From assembly GCF_009914755.1 (NCBI RefSeq), contig NC_060937.1: a stretch of 64,000 bases of DNA, one strand, 5' to 3'. Position 1 is the stretch's first letter. The number at the start of each line of letters is the position of its first letter. The DNA comes from the human T2T-CHM13v2.0 reference genome, Homo sapiens. Of this stretch, positions 14,110 through 26,571 are shown one piece after another. Under the pieces are notes generated by a model. The model ran no database searches. It saw only the letters and a program-made list of their open reading frames with translations, and had not been told where the DNA came from. The translations under genes and the position numbers were made by a program.

Positions 14110-14789
14110 GCAAATGCATTTTAAGATTTCCTTATACTATATCTGCCTATATATTCGTGTCACCAAATTATCCCCACATTATATGCATTTGCTTATTAAT
14201 GGATATGTGTAAGAATTTTTATCACTGAATATTTTTATCTTTAGGCAGTTTTTTGTTTCAGCAGTGACTTATATGGCACTTAATTTGTAATTGGAAGTCC
14301 TCCTTAAGACAAGTTGTGTCAGATATGGTAAGTTGTGATATGATACATTGAGATGCATAAACATGAGATTTCACACACAGACATACTACTGTGCATAGCA
14401 CCTGCACTCTCCAAAAAATGAAGCATCCTACTTTCCTTGATTTTTGTCGTAAGGTATAAATAGGTGTATTTAGATTGTTTACACTGCATTATCAAGTGTA
14501 TTTCTGACAAAGGGAACTTCAATTTTGAAAAGATATAAAAGAGAACCATGTTTTTCAAGCAATTTTATACATCCAATGATAAAGGAAAAATTCCATCCCG
14601 TGTTTTCTTGCTCTGTGCATTTCAGATTAGTCAGAGCTGGATGACATAGGTCACAGTAATCACAATACATCCCACTCATGCCTATCATGATGCCAAATGA
14701 GAATGCACAGTGGGAAGACAGTACCATAAGAGGATGACCAGCAATAACTGAATGATACTTACATATAATTGTGGTCAACATAAATCTTT

Positions 14790-15060
14790 CTATTAAACTC
14801 AAACTAAATATAATAGCCACAAAATTGAGTAATCATCAATGGAAAATACATATATGGATATATACCATGAGGTATGCTATATTAGCAGCAATGGACAAGA
14901 TGAAAATACAAACGCATTACACATAAATACAATATATATTTTAAAAGAGCACATATTAACAAAAGTGTAGCTGTTAACACATTACAGTAATTATCCATGT
15001 GAGAAAAATAAATGGACATGGAAAAAGCAAGTTAAAATGAGTTGATATAAAAATAAACTA
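14790..15060 (+). mobile_element. Old L1ME-like 3' fragment
   Basis: taatagccacaaaattgagtaatcatcaatggaaaatac...ggatatataccatgaggtatgctat. Confidence 0.4.
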
Positions 15061-16352
15061 GAAAAGGATAGTGACAAAAAGATCAGTGACAAGGAGCCTA
15101 AATTTTTTTTAATCACATTTAAGAACTGAAAAAGTAAATGTCCATTAAAAAATAAATCCATATATAAGCAGCTAAAGATTCTCTCACAATATAAAAACTG
15201 ATGTCAGTATTCCCTTTTTCCTTTCTTTTAGGATTACATAAAAGATTTTTCAGCTTCTGCTTTCAAATATTATTATTATATCTTGAACATATTGATCCAA
15301 ACCTGTAAAAATCCAATAATTAATAATTCAAATTGATTTCAAATTATCCTCAGTAGTTTATCATGCATCCATCAGCATTTAAGAAAATCTTTTCCTCCAA
15401 CAGAAAAATTTTTCCTTGAATTTAATTGATATTTTTGTGGTAATAAAGAATAGTATTTAGTACATTACATGGAATGTATTTTAAAAAGAAACTATAAAAT
15501 GTTATTTTGTAGTTTTTGCTTCCTAAAGATTTTCAGCAAATGAATGGTCTACTGTAATAATATTTTATAGCTGCCTTTTTGTGAGTGTAAATTTTATACT
15601 AATTTTGAAAATAAGAATAAAATGTCATATCTGATAGTTTTGAATTCTGATTTGATATAATTTATGTACTAAGCAGACATGAATGTTTTGAAATGTAATC
15701 TGCAATATATAGGCAACATTTATGTGACATTTTGATCTGAGGTATCCTTTTTAATTAATTTTCTCTTGATTTTAATATTTTTAAAAATTAGAAAAATGTG
15801 TGAAATGTAGATCAAAGTATTTTCACCCACACTTTGTTAAGCACATTAAAAATTTTACTGTAAGTAGATAGAGTGAAACTAATCTACAATTTATAGTCTA
15901 AATGACAGATTTGTACATAAATTTGTTATAACTTAGAGTTGAAAAATTTCAAAATATTATTTGAGAGTCTTATATAATTTTACCAAATTTTTAAAAAAGC
16001 TTCTGAGGGCTGTAGCTAAATTATGCCCAACACCCATTAAGCATGTACACAAATATATCTCATCATATCAAATTTGAAAGTGCAAGTATACATTTATATC
16101 AATTTAAGCAACAAATTTGGGATGTTTCTTTACACCTCTTTATATATTCCACAAAATCAATCTACACCTGAAAAATAATAAGTTCCATTTGTGCATTTTA
16201 ACAAGAATTTTCATTGTAAAATGCATGTATGCTAAAACTCAATATGACTTTTTGGAATTACTGGCCAAATATCAAAAGTCACTTAAAATATTATTATAAG
16301 TTACATTAAATAAATTAGAATTGTTACATATAAGGAATATCTCTTTACTATC

Positions 16353-16644
16353 TGTTTTAGTGAAGGTTCTTCAGAGAGACAGACCCAGTAGGATGTGTAG
16401 GGAAACATGAAACAAATTCATTAGGGCAATTGGCTCACTTGATTATGGTTGCTGAGAAGTTTCATGATAGGCCATCTGCAAATTGGAAAACCAGTAACTT
16501 AGTCCAAGTCCAAATGCCTGAGAGTCTGGAGGGCCCATAGTGTGGGTCCCAAAGTCCAAAAGCTGGAGAACCTGGAGTTGTAACATCCATGGGCAGCAGA
16601 AAAAGAGTGTTTGAGCTCCAGAAGAGTGAGCAAATTCACCCTTC
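16353..16644 (-). mobile_element. MLT2B/C-like LTR (partial), the 3' LTR of the adjacent ERVL
   Basis: tgttttagtgaaggttcttcagagagacagacccagtagga...ttggctcacttgattatgg...gccatctgcaaattggaaaacc. Confidence 0.85.
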
Positions 16645-16689
16645 AGCAGAAGAGGGACAGGCTCAGTGCCTATTGAAGCATTGAGAATA

Positions 16690-19600
16690 AATCATGCTTT
16701 CTCAGCTGATTTGACACCCCCAAAGCAATCATAATAAATCTACCTGGATACTCATGTGTATCTCCTTAAATAGTACCTAATCTCCAAATGAAGACAATAA
16801 CAAGGTCACAGTTTCACCTAGCATAATACAACTACCCTAGGTACACTGGAAACACACTAATCTCTTTCTCAGAAGAGGAGGTAAGGTCCTTGATGATGTT
16901 TACTCCTCTCCTGATAGTCGGTAGCTTAAATACCATGAGGAAAAATTAACAATAAAAATGGCCCCTGACTTGTCATGGTTCAAGTTATAATTTTTTTAAA
17001 ACTTAGGTAGTGAGAAAGTGGTATGCATCCAGTAGAAACTGTACCTTGAATTTTGCATGTTGATCTTTTCCCAGGCTATCAGTGTGGTACATACTCTCTC
17101 AGAATGCTGGGTAGCTGCTGTGAATCACAGCTCCCAGTCAGCCATGTTACCATGAGAGTAAACAACTGATACTCTACAGTGTATTATAAATGCATTTTGA
17201 CTTAACGGTATTTTCAGCTTACCATGGGTTTATCAGAACATAACTGCCTTGTAAGTTGAGTATCCATACTTAAATAGTGATATAAACCCAATATATCTGA
17301 AAATATCAGTACAAGACAAAAGAGGGGAAAAGATATTTGCTTAATATATGCATATATTTACATAAATGCACTTGTGACAGAATAGGAAAGAATAGACGGT
17401 ACTCAAAGCCTTCTTTTCTGTAACTGGTCACAGTATCTTACCTGGTATTTAAAACTACATACATTCTTTTACTTCCCACTCTGTATACTCTTGGATGGCA
17501 TCAATCGTCACCTCAACTAATCATGGTTCTTTACTAGGTAGAGAAACTGAAAACTTCATTCCTCAGCACGAGCAATTTGTAGTCCTGGCTGGATGAGGAT
17601 GTTATAATTTCCCACTGATCTTAATTACAGGGCATGGTAACATTAAGAGACACCCTAAGGGATCTCTTGTATTCCTTACAAGAAAGATATAATCTTTCTT
17701 GCCTTCATTATGAAGTAGCAATCCAAGATTCACTTGATATTCTAGATCAATCACTCCAGCAAACACCATTACTTCCCCCTTATCCTGCTGACTCAGAGGC
17801 ATGTGAAGCCACAAGTGGCCAGGTGGCAGTCACAGCCTGGAGTTCAATAGAATCATTGTTGTGTCTCCTAGTGCAAGCACTTCTCCCTGTGGCACAAAGA
17901 CCTCTAGGCCAGCTCAGAGCATGAAGTTGTAGGAAAAGGAAGCTAACATTTTGCTAGGAGGTCACTAGGAATAACGGTGAATTGTATCACTCTCATTTCC
18001 AACCCTTGATTCCTGGAACATTAAATTATGGCAATGAAAAAAAAAAAAACTGTACTATATATTGAATGCTGTCTCAGAGCATCTATAGCATTCTTGTGAA
18101 TCTTGCAGCAGCCTGCAAAAGTTTGTCACCTATCTGACACTGTAACTGAGCCTACCAAAGGCCATTCCCAATTTCTATCAAGCCAACTGCTTCAGGATGG
18201 TAGGATAACCTGGTAAGACCAGTGAATTTCATGAGCATGAGCCCATTGCTGACTTCTTTGGCTGTGAAGTAAGTTTCTTGATCAGAAACAGTGTCCTGTG
18301 GGATACCGTGATGGTGGATAAGTCATTCTGTAAGTCTATGGATGGTAGTTTTGGCAGAAGCATTGTGTGCAAGGAAAGCAAATCCATGTCCAGAGTAAAT
18401 GTCTATCCCAGTAAGAACAAAACCTTATCCATTCCACAATAGAGATATTCAATGTTATCAACCTGCCACCAGGTAGCTAGCTGATTACCCCCAGTGAATG
18501 GTGATATATCAAGGGCTTAATGTTGATTTCTACAGCTGGCAGATTGGGCACTCAGTGGTGACCATAGCCAAGTCAGTCTTGGTAAGTGAAAATTCATGTG
18601 GCTGAACCCTTGAATAACCCCATCCCTGCCAACCATGTCCACTTTTTTTGTGAGCTCATTGGGTGGTAGTGATGGCTTGAAAAGAGGCTGATTGGTATTT
18701 ACAGAATAAGTCATTATGCTTACTTGATTGTTAAAGTCCTCCTCTACTGAGATCATTTTTTTGGTGAACATTCACATGGGACACAAATATTTTTATGTCT
18801 TTACCCACTGAGGGAAATCTATGCATGTGCTCTTCCCTCAATATTTTTCTCATCAATTTTCCAATCATGTTATTTCCAAATCCCTCACCATCCATCCAAA
18901 CCACAGCCCATAAATTGGTATATAATTGAATGCCTGGTTATTTCTTATTCCAAGCAAAGTGACATCCAGGTGCACTGGATGCAGTGCCAGCCACTGAGAA
19001 GATTCTTCTTCACCAATGTCTTTCAAGGATGTCCCAGAAAATGGTTGTAGTGCCACTGTTGTTCTGTTCACTTTCAGGTGGTGCCTGCATATTGTGCAGC
19101 ACAAGTGTAAACTAGCCCTGAGTCTTCTATTCCTCTCTCCATTGATCATAGGTTATTACTTGAGAGGTTATAGGTATAGGCTGCGAGAGAGAAGGCAATA
19201 TAGCAGGAAGAGGAATCATGGCATTTGGCCCACTTCTTCAAGTAACTTACTTCAGGACATGCTCACATATATGGTGCTTCTATTTGCTGATGGAGTGCTG
19301 CTGTGTATGTCAATTTATGGCTTGGTAGCTCAGATAATTATAGTTGGTGCCAGTCCACAACAGGCAGCTCAGGTGTCATGGTAACGTGGTGCCCCATGGT
19401 CAAGTGTTTGGTTTCTACTAAGGCCCGATAGCAGGCCAAGAACTATTTCTCAAGAGGAGAGTAGTTATTTGCAGATAGTGTCAGGGCCTTGATCCCAAAA
19501 CCTAAAGGACTGTGCTGTGATTCACCTACAGGGGCCTCCCAAAGATTCCAACAACATCCTTCTCAGCCATTGAAACTTCAAGTACATTTGGAGCTGTTAT

Positions 19601-20920
19601 CTCATATGGCCCAAGTGGCAGAGCAGCTTGCTCAGCAGCCTGGGCCTGTTGGAGAGCCTTCCACTACATTGGACCCCACCTAAAATTAGCAGCTTTTTGG
19701 GTCACTTGGTAAATGGGTCAAAGTCATACACCCAAATGAGGAATATGTTGCTTCCAAAATCCAAGTAGGCCCACTAGGCATTGTGCTTCTTTCTTGGTCG
19801 TAGGAGGGTCTAGATGTGACAATTCATCCTTTACCTTGGAAGAGTTATCTCAATACGTCTTACACCAGTGGACCCCTAGAAATTTCACTGAGCTAGAAGG
19901 ACTCTGAATTTTAGAAGAATTATTTTCTAACCTCTGACACATAAATGTCTTAACAATAAGTCCTGAGCCATTTCTAATTATCACTCACTAAGTATAGTCA
20001 GCATAATGTCATCAATGTAAGAGACCAATGTGAAATGTTGTGGAAAGGAATAGTGATCAATACCCACATGAACTAACTTATAACACAGTGCTGGAGAGTT
20101 GATATGCCCCTGAGGTAGAATAGTGAAGGTGTATTGCTGGCCTTTCTAGCTGGAAGCAAACTGCTTCTGGTGGGCCTTATTGACAGGTGTGGAGAAAAAG
20201 GCATTTGCCGATTAATAGCTGTGTACCAGGTACCAGGAGATGTGTTTATTTTCTCAAGCAATGAAACCACACCTGGTACAACATTTATGACTGGAGTTGC
20301 CCCTGGTTAAAGTTACAATAACTCACTGTCATTCTCCAGTATCCATCTATTTTCTGTTCAGGCCAAATAGGAGAACTAAATAGGTATATGGTGGGAATCA
20401 CCACCTTGCATCTTTCACATCTATGATGGTGGCATTCGTTTCTGAAATTCCTCCCAAAATATGGTATTGTTTTTAATTTACCAATTTATTATTGTCCTAG
20501 GGAGAGAAAACTCTACTTGCTTCCATTTGACATTTTCCACCATAAAGGACCTCACTCCACAGGTTAGGGAAACCACGTGAGGATTATGCCAGTAGCTAAG
20601 TATGTCTATTTCAATTATGGATCTGGAACTGAGATAATAATCACAGAATGGGTTTGAGGACCTACTGCACCCACTGTAAGTTGGACTTGAGTTAAAACTT
20701 TATTGATCACCTGACCTCCATCAGCCCCCTACTCTGACTGTAGGGCCACAGTGATGTTTTAAGTCTCCTGGAATCATTGTCAACTTAAAGCCACTGTCCA
20801 GTATTCTCTAAAGGCAGACTTAATCTTCCCCAGTGCACAGGTCTCTGGTAAAAGGCCAGAGTCCCTTTGGGGAAAGGTAAACATTGTAAATTTTCAGCAG
20901 GATACTAGTGTCTTAAGATA
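16690..20920 (-). mobile_element. ERVL internal region: protease, RT, RNase H, integrase, dUTPase (pseudogenised)
   Basis: Protease LDSG at revcomp 20790-20801. RT YIDD at revcomp 20008-20019 and [15 protein letters not shown] (20073..20270). RNase H EEDFNNQV (18517..18771). dUTPase AGVIDLEYQ (17602..17814). Many stops and frameshifts. Confidence 0.92.
16955..17266 (-). mobile_element. MER47B-like (Tigger5-derived) DNA transposon nested in ERVL
   Basis: Decayed TIRs (aaaatggcccctgacttgtcatggttc ... atgggtttatcagaacataactgccttgtaagttgagtatcca) flanked by TA at 16953-54 and 17267-68. Internal cagctcccagtcagccatg...aaacaactgatactctacagtg. Confidence 0.8.
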
Positions 20921-21403
20921 CTACTCTTGTTTTAAATCTGTAAGTCTTAAAAATAAAATCTGTTAGTCATTTGTATTCAGTAATGCTTGGATTTTATCCT
21001 ATAGATAAACTCACAGTATGTGAATCTGTGTGTGTTTGTGTGTGTATGTCTGTGTTCAGTTAAGTGTGTTAGCAGCAAATATCTAGAAACAAACTATTAG
21101 TACAAGAATAAATATATCTTAGAAAATTTATTCAATAAAGTACTACTCAGCCATTAAACATTAAACACAATGGCTATATAAGTACTGACATGAAAATAAA
21201 TTTATGGTATATCATTAGGTATAAAGACCAATTCTTTGGCTTGCATTACCTACTCTTTTTTGAAGTAAAAAACATTTGTTGGTAATTCTGTTATCATAAG
21301 AATGGTTGATACACTGAGAGGATAAACATCGTATAATGAGTGGTAAAATATTCCAAAGGAAACAAAGGAACTGATGAAGTAGCAGTCTGTAATAAACATG
21401 CAT

Positions 21404-21700
21404 CATACATATACACACACACATATGTATACATATATACATATACATACACATACATACATGTATACATATATACATATACATACACATACATATATGT
21501 ATACATACATATACATACACATACATATATTTATACATACATATACATACACATACATATATGTATACATACATATACACACATACATATATGTATACAT
21601 ACATATACATACACATACATATATGTATACATACATATACATACACATACGTATACATACATATACATATATGTATACATATACATGTACATATATATAT
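21404..21700. repeat. Alternating purine-pyrimidine (CATA/TA) minisatellite, unit about 32 bp
   Basis: Recurring atgtatacatacatatacatacacatacatat with variants. Confidence 0.9.
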
Positions 21701-22130
21701 CTTGATCTTTGGAATATATATATATATAGTCTAGTTTGGAGGATAATGCACCTCCATTCTCCACCTACTAGAAGTGCAATTTACAAGAGTCTCCATCGGC
21801 AGCTCTCTGAAATCTATTACACTGTTTGCACCCATGCCTCCCCCACACTGCTACCAGCTAATTACAAAATGTGGAGGGAGTGTACTAAGGCAAGTCAACT
21901 CCTGGGACACACCAAACTCCTCTGGTCACTTTCAAAAAAGAGCAGGGACACCCAAACCAATCATTTATTAGACAACCTGGCAATCTAGGATGTGTCCATC
22001 CAATTTTATGTTCTTTCTTTTATTTATGGGTATACTTGCATTGAAGTCTGACTGTTCTTTCATCATTCCAGAACCCCTTTCCATTTTTTGTCTTATGGTA
22101 GCATGCCTCCTCATAAAATCTTTGCACTGC

Positions 22131-22716
22131 TGTATGAGTCAGGGTTTTCCAGAGACACAGGACCAATAGGATAGATAGATATAGATACATGAAAGGGGAT
22201 TTATTAAAATAATTGGCTTACATGATTATGGAGGATGAGAAATCCCATGATTCTCTGCATTCAAGACCTGGGGATGCTTATAGTGTGGATCAGTCCAAGT
22301 ACAAAGGCCTCAGGACCAGGAAAGCTGATGGTGTAAGTTTCATTCCAAGGCCAGGTATCTGAAAACTCAAGGGGACACTGATGTAAGTCATGGAGTTCTA
22401 AGGCCAGGCAGCCTGAAGTTCTAATGTCTATACACATGTAGTACATGTCAGAGGAGGACAATATCATAGCTCTGGGAGAGAGAAAGAGAGAAAATTTTGT
22501 TTTCTCCTCTTTTGTTCTATCTGGACCCTCAGCCAATTGCATGGTGACTACCCACATTGAAACTTGGTCTTCCCCACTCACTTGATTTTCCCCTCTGACT
22601 CTTGTGCTAGTCTCCTCTAGAAATACCCTCACAGGCAAACCCAGAAATAATGCTTTACCAGTTCTCTAGATATTCCATTATCCAGTTTAGTTGACACCTA
22701 AAGTTAACTATCAACA
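22131..22716 (-). mobile_element. MLT2B3/B4-like solo LTR
   Basis: tgtatgagtcagggttttccagagacacaggaccaatagg ... ttgacacctaaagttaactatcaaca. Flanks actgc (22126-30) and actgt (22717-21) form a 4/5 TSD. Confidence 0.9.
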
Positions 22717-23569
22717 ACTGTTAATTATTTCTTGATGCTTCTCAGAGGCCCTAAAAAAACACATACAAAAGGCATGTCATGGAGGTATAAAGAAAAACTT
22801 TTAATTAATTTTGATTACAAAACTCGAATAAGAGAAAACTAATAATGTTTCACATTTTAATGAATACATTTTACTTACATGAGGTAAAAATATTTATAAT
22901 AGACAAATAGACATATACGACATAATAATACATAAATAAGAAGACATAAATAATACAAAGTCTCTTATTTATTTTAAGGAAGAGATATATATTATATAAT
23001 CAAAACCAGAGAATAGCACATATAAAAAATGTTTTTGAAAAAGTAAAATCTTGCTATGTTAACTATATGTCAAGGTGGTCTTTTAAAGTAGTTTTCTTTT
23101 CAATAATTTGGACATATTATCAGGAAAAATTTAAAAATAGTATTAAAACAAAATTACTGAATTAGATTCCTATCTATAAAACATGACAGTTGATGGAATG
23201 AAGAAAGAAATAGAAATGAAGTTACCAGATATAATTATTCAATCTTTGCTATTTTTATTTCTTAATGAGTTTAAAGAAGAAAAGAAAACTGTCATGGAAT
23301 GAGAAAAGTTTAAAGATTTGTTTAATATTTGTTTTATGAGAGGTATTTGGGACTTAAAAATTCCACTAATGCTTAACGTAGTAAGAAGAAACATTAATGG
23401 GCTGAGAACATTGTGTTTTAACTGCACATTTAATTTCACACACAAAAAAATCTAATTCTTGCTATGAAACATGGGTAAATTTGTATATCAATTTTTTTCC
23501 CAATTCTACATCCATCGTTACAACCTATCTTTGTCTAACATTACAATTTTATTTCATTAATGAAATACA

Positions 23570-23697
23570 TGCATATATAAATATACAGTATATATAAAAA
23601 TACATACTATATATAAATGTATATAGTATATATAAATATATACTATATAAATATATACTATACATAAATATATATACTACAAATATAAATATATATG
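23570..23697. repeat. TA-rich low-complexity tract
   Basis: Direct reading. Confidence 0.85.
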
Positions 23698-23789
23698 TTA
23701 TTTACATTCCTCTCTGTAATCTCCTTTTCTCTTTTATTAAACAGTCGCCCCATATTCATTTGTTTCTTTCTGCCCTTAGAAGGGTGCTG

Positions 23790-24009
23790 TATCATATTAA
23801 TGGCTAGGGATTTGGACAACAGAAACAGATAGCTTTAGATTTGAATCCTGTCTCTATAACCTTGGACAGGTTACTTAAATTTCTTGAATTTCACTTTCTT
23901 GATTTGTAAAGTGGGAACAATAATATACAGCTTTGTGAGTTTATGTGAAAATTATGTGTACAAATCTTAGAATAGCTCCTGGCACATGAGAACTCAAGTG
24001 TTAGCCATT
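23790..24009 (+). mobile_element. MIR SINE
   Basis: Core tttgaatcctgtctct...accttggacaggttacttaaatttcttgaatttcactttcttgatttgtaaagtgggaacaataata...cctggcacatg. Confidence 0.8.
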
Positions 24010-24049
24010 CCTCCCATCTCCAAACCTAGAATACTCCATTCTCTACTAC

Positions 24050-24153
24050 ACTGCAAGCAATATGAGAACAGAAATTTTTGTATTCAAGTACTGGGAACAA
24101 TGACTGACACATAATAGTTGTCCAATAAATGCACAGTGAATAGAAGATTGAAT
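24050..24153 (+). mobile_element. L2 3' end
   Basis: ctgcaagcaatatgagaacag...aacaatgactgacacataatagttgtccaataaatg...gaat. Confidence 0.6.
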
Positions 24154-26140
24154 AAGTTTTGTGCATGTAGTTACCCTCTTTTAGACTTATTTCATATTTA
24201 TATTTGATAATTTATTTTACTTTCATTTACCTTTCTATTTCCTTCAAGATTGACTTCAATTTTCCTAGCAAGGCTTCAGTTGTATTTTTCTTTCTTGTGG
24301 AGGCTTCACAATGGCTGTAAGTTAATAAAATTGCATTTATATGTTTGTTTCCTAGATTCTCTTTGCTTGGTAGCTCTACTTTCATCTTTTTTTAATAAAA
24401 CCATCTTGCCATTAGTTTCTTTGAGAATCTATAGAATTATTTCTTGACAATTTTCCGTTTCTTGGGATAGTTTTCTGATATCCCTAAATATTCTTTTCTC
24501 ATGCCACCTTATTCCTTTAAAGTACCTTTACATCACATAGCATAGAATAGCATAAAAAAAGTTTATGAAGATTACTTTCAAGTTATTACTTCCTTTGAGA
24601 ACAGATAGCTATTTGCTGATGGCATGCTGAGAATAAATGGAGGTGATATACTGAGCTCAAGCAGCTAAATTCCTCTTATAAAATCAGTCATTTTCTCTTT
24701 CTGGAAGCATATATCCTCTCTGTTTTTGCAGATCAAGGTAGCTAATAATAAATTCCCATGTATTCAAGCCTTTTTGGAACTTGATCTTGTCATTCCTGCT
24801 TTTCTTCTGTTCTTTTCCACTTCTTATTTACAAGAGACTTCTCAGGCAGGAGGCTGCTTTTGTTGTTGTTGCTGTTGTTCTTTTTCTCCCTTTCCTTTAA
24901 AATAATTGAGAACAGTTTACAAAAACAAAATGCGTAATTCCTAATTGTACATCTTAGTGAATATTATACAGTATATGTCTACACCTGGGTAACAACCACC
25001 CAGATTGAAACAGAGTATTTTGTTTAACCTAGGGATTTTGTTATACCCTTGCCATTCAATTCTCCCACCTGCCTTCATAATCATTCCTCTAAATTCTGTT
25101 AAGATAGATTAATATTGCTTATTTTAGAACTTCTTATAAATATAATCACATAATATAAACATTAATTTCCTTGTGGGCAGTTTATTTGGCTCAAGTTATC
25201 TTCATTAACTTAAATTTATGCAGTTGTATGTATCACTTTAATTTTTGTTTAATATTGAATGAATTTGAATGAAGATACAATTTGTTTATCTGTTCTCCTG
25301 ATGATGAACATTTTGACTGTTTCCAATTTGGGATTATTATAAAAGAAATGTCTATAAATAATCTGGAACATCCAGAAAATATAGATATGTATTTTTTGGT
25401 GTAAATATATTCTCATTTCTTGTGTATATTCACCTGTGGGGGGAAGTGCTCGGTTACAGTAGGTATGTGCCCAAATTAATTAGAAACTGCTAAAAAAAAT
25501 ACTGTATTATTTGCAGCTAACATTCCACTTATTTAGTTGGTTTCATTATTCTTTTAATTCTAGTCATTCTAATGGGCTATAGTGGTAATTCAATATGGCT
25601 TAAATGTATATTTCAGTAATACTGTTAACTAATGATTTTTTTTTTTGGAGAAATGCTTATTGAAGGCTTTTATCCATTATTTAAACTGGATTATATAAAA
25701 TTTTATTATCAATTTGTAGAAGTTCCTAAAATATTCTAAGTATAAGCATTTGCCTGGTAAATATATTGCATCTGTTTTCTTCCAGTCTTTGATTAGCCTT
25801 TTAGTTTGCTTAATGACACCTTTCATAAATAGTAGTTTTTAAAAATAATTTATAAGTCTAATCTTCCTATTATGGTTTTGAAACCTGACCAAGAAATCTC
25901 CCACACCTGGGTTACAAATATATTCTTCTTTACTATACTCTAGAAGCTTTACAGATTTAAGCTTCATAATTAGATTGATGAATATTCAAATTAAATTTTG
26001 TACATGGTATGAGGTAGGGAACAAGGTTAACTTTTAGCCATACAGCTATTGTGTTGATCCATCATCATTTATTAACAAGATTTTCCTGTCCCATTAAATA
26101 TCATTGATATCATTGTCAAATATGGAGTATCATATACGTA

Positions 26141-26225
<85 letters not shown>
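26141..26225. repeat. Compound (TG)n(TA)n(T)n tract at the Alu tail
   Basis: Direct reading. Confidence 0.9.
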
Positions 26226-26226
<1 letters not shown>

Positions 26227-26571
26227 AGACAAAGTCTCACTCTGTTTACCAGGCTGGAGTGCAGTGGCTCAATCATGGCTTGCTGCAGCCTCAATCAGCT
26301 AGGCTCAAGTGATCCTCCTACTTCTCAGCCTCCTGAGTGGCTAAGACTACAGACATGTGCCATCATGCCTGGCTAATTTTTGTATGTTTTGTAGAGACAG
26401 AAATTAACTAGTGAAACTGGCCTGCTAAAACATGGCCAGCTCAGTAAAATTCTAGAAGTAGTATTTCACCATGTTGTGCCAGCTGGTCTTTGAACTCCTT
26501 GGCTCAAGCGATCTGCCCACCTTGGCCTCTCAAAGTGCTGGGATTATAGGCATGAGCCACTGTGCTTGGCC
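26191..26571 (-). mobile_element. AluJ (Jb/Jr-like) carrying a non-Alu insert of about 63 bp at 26401-26463
   Basis: J diagnostics: atcatggcttgctgcagcctcaa, ggctcaagtgatcctcc, ggctcaagcgatctgccc. The Alu gtagagacag|tttcaccatg is split by foreign sequence. Confidence 0.92.

Noticed and set aside
21930-21987. Possible hAT transposon terminus (acctggcaatcta)
   Set aside because: Only one weak TIR-like end, with no partner or TSD identified.
21215-21988. Cluster of long overlapping ORFs (up to 196 aa)
   Set aside because: Artefact of a stop-free alternating purine-pyrimidine repeat; the translations are low complexity.
16353-22716. One complete provirus bounded by two MLT2 LTRs
   Set aside because: The 22131-22716 LTR has its own near-perfect TSD (actgc/actgt), the outer flanks (ctatc/actgt) do not match, and gag and the leader are missing, with unrelated DNA between. 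It is better read as a separate solo LTR.
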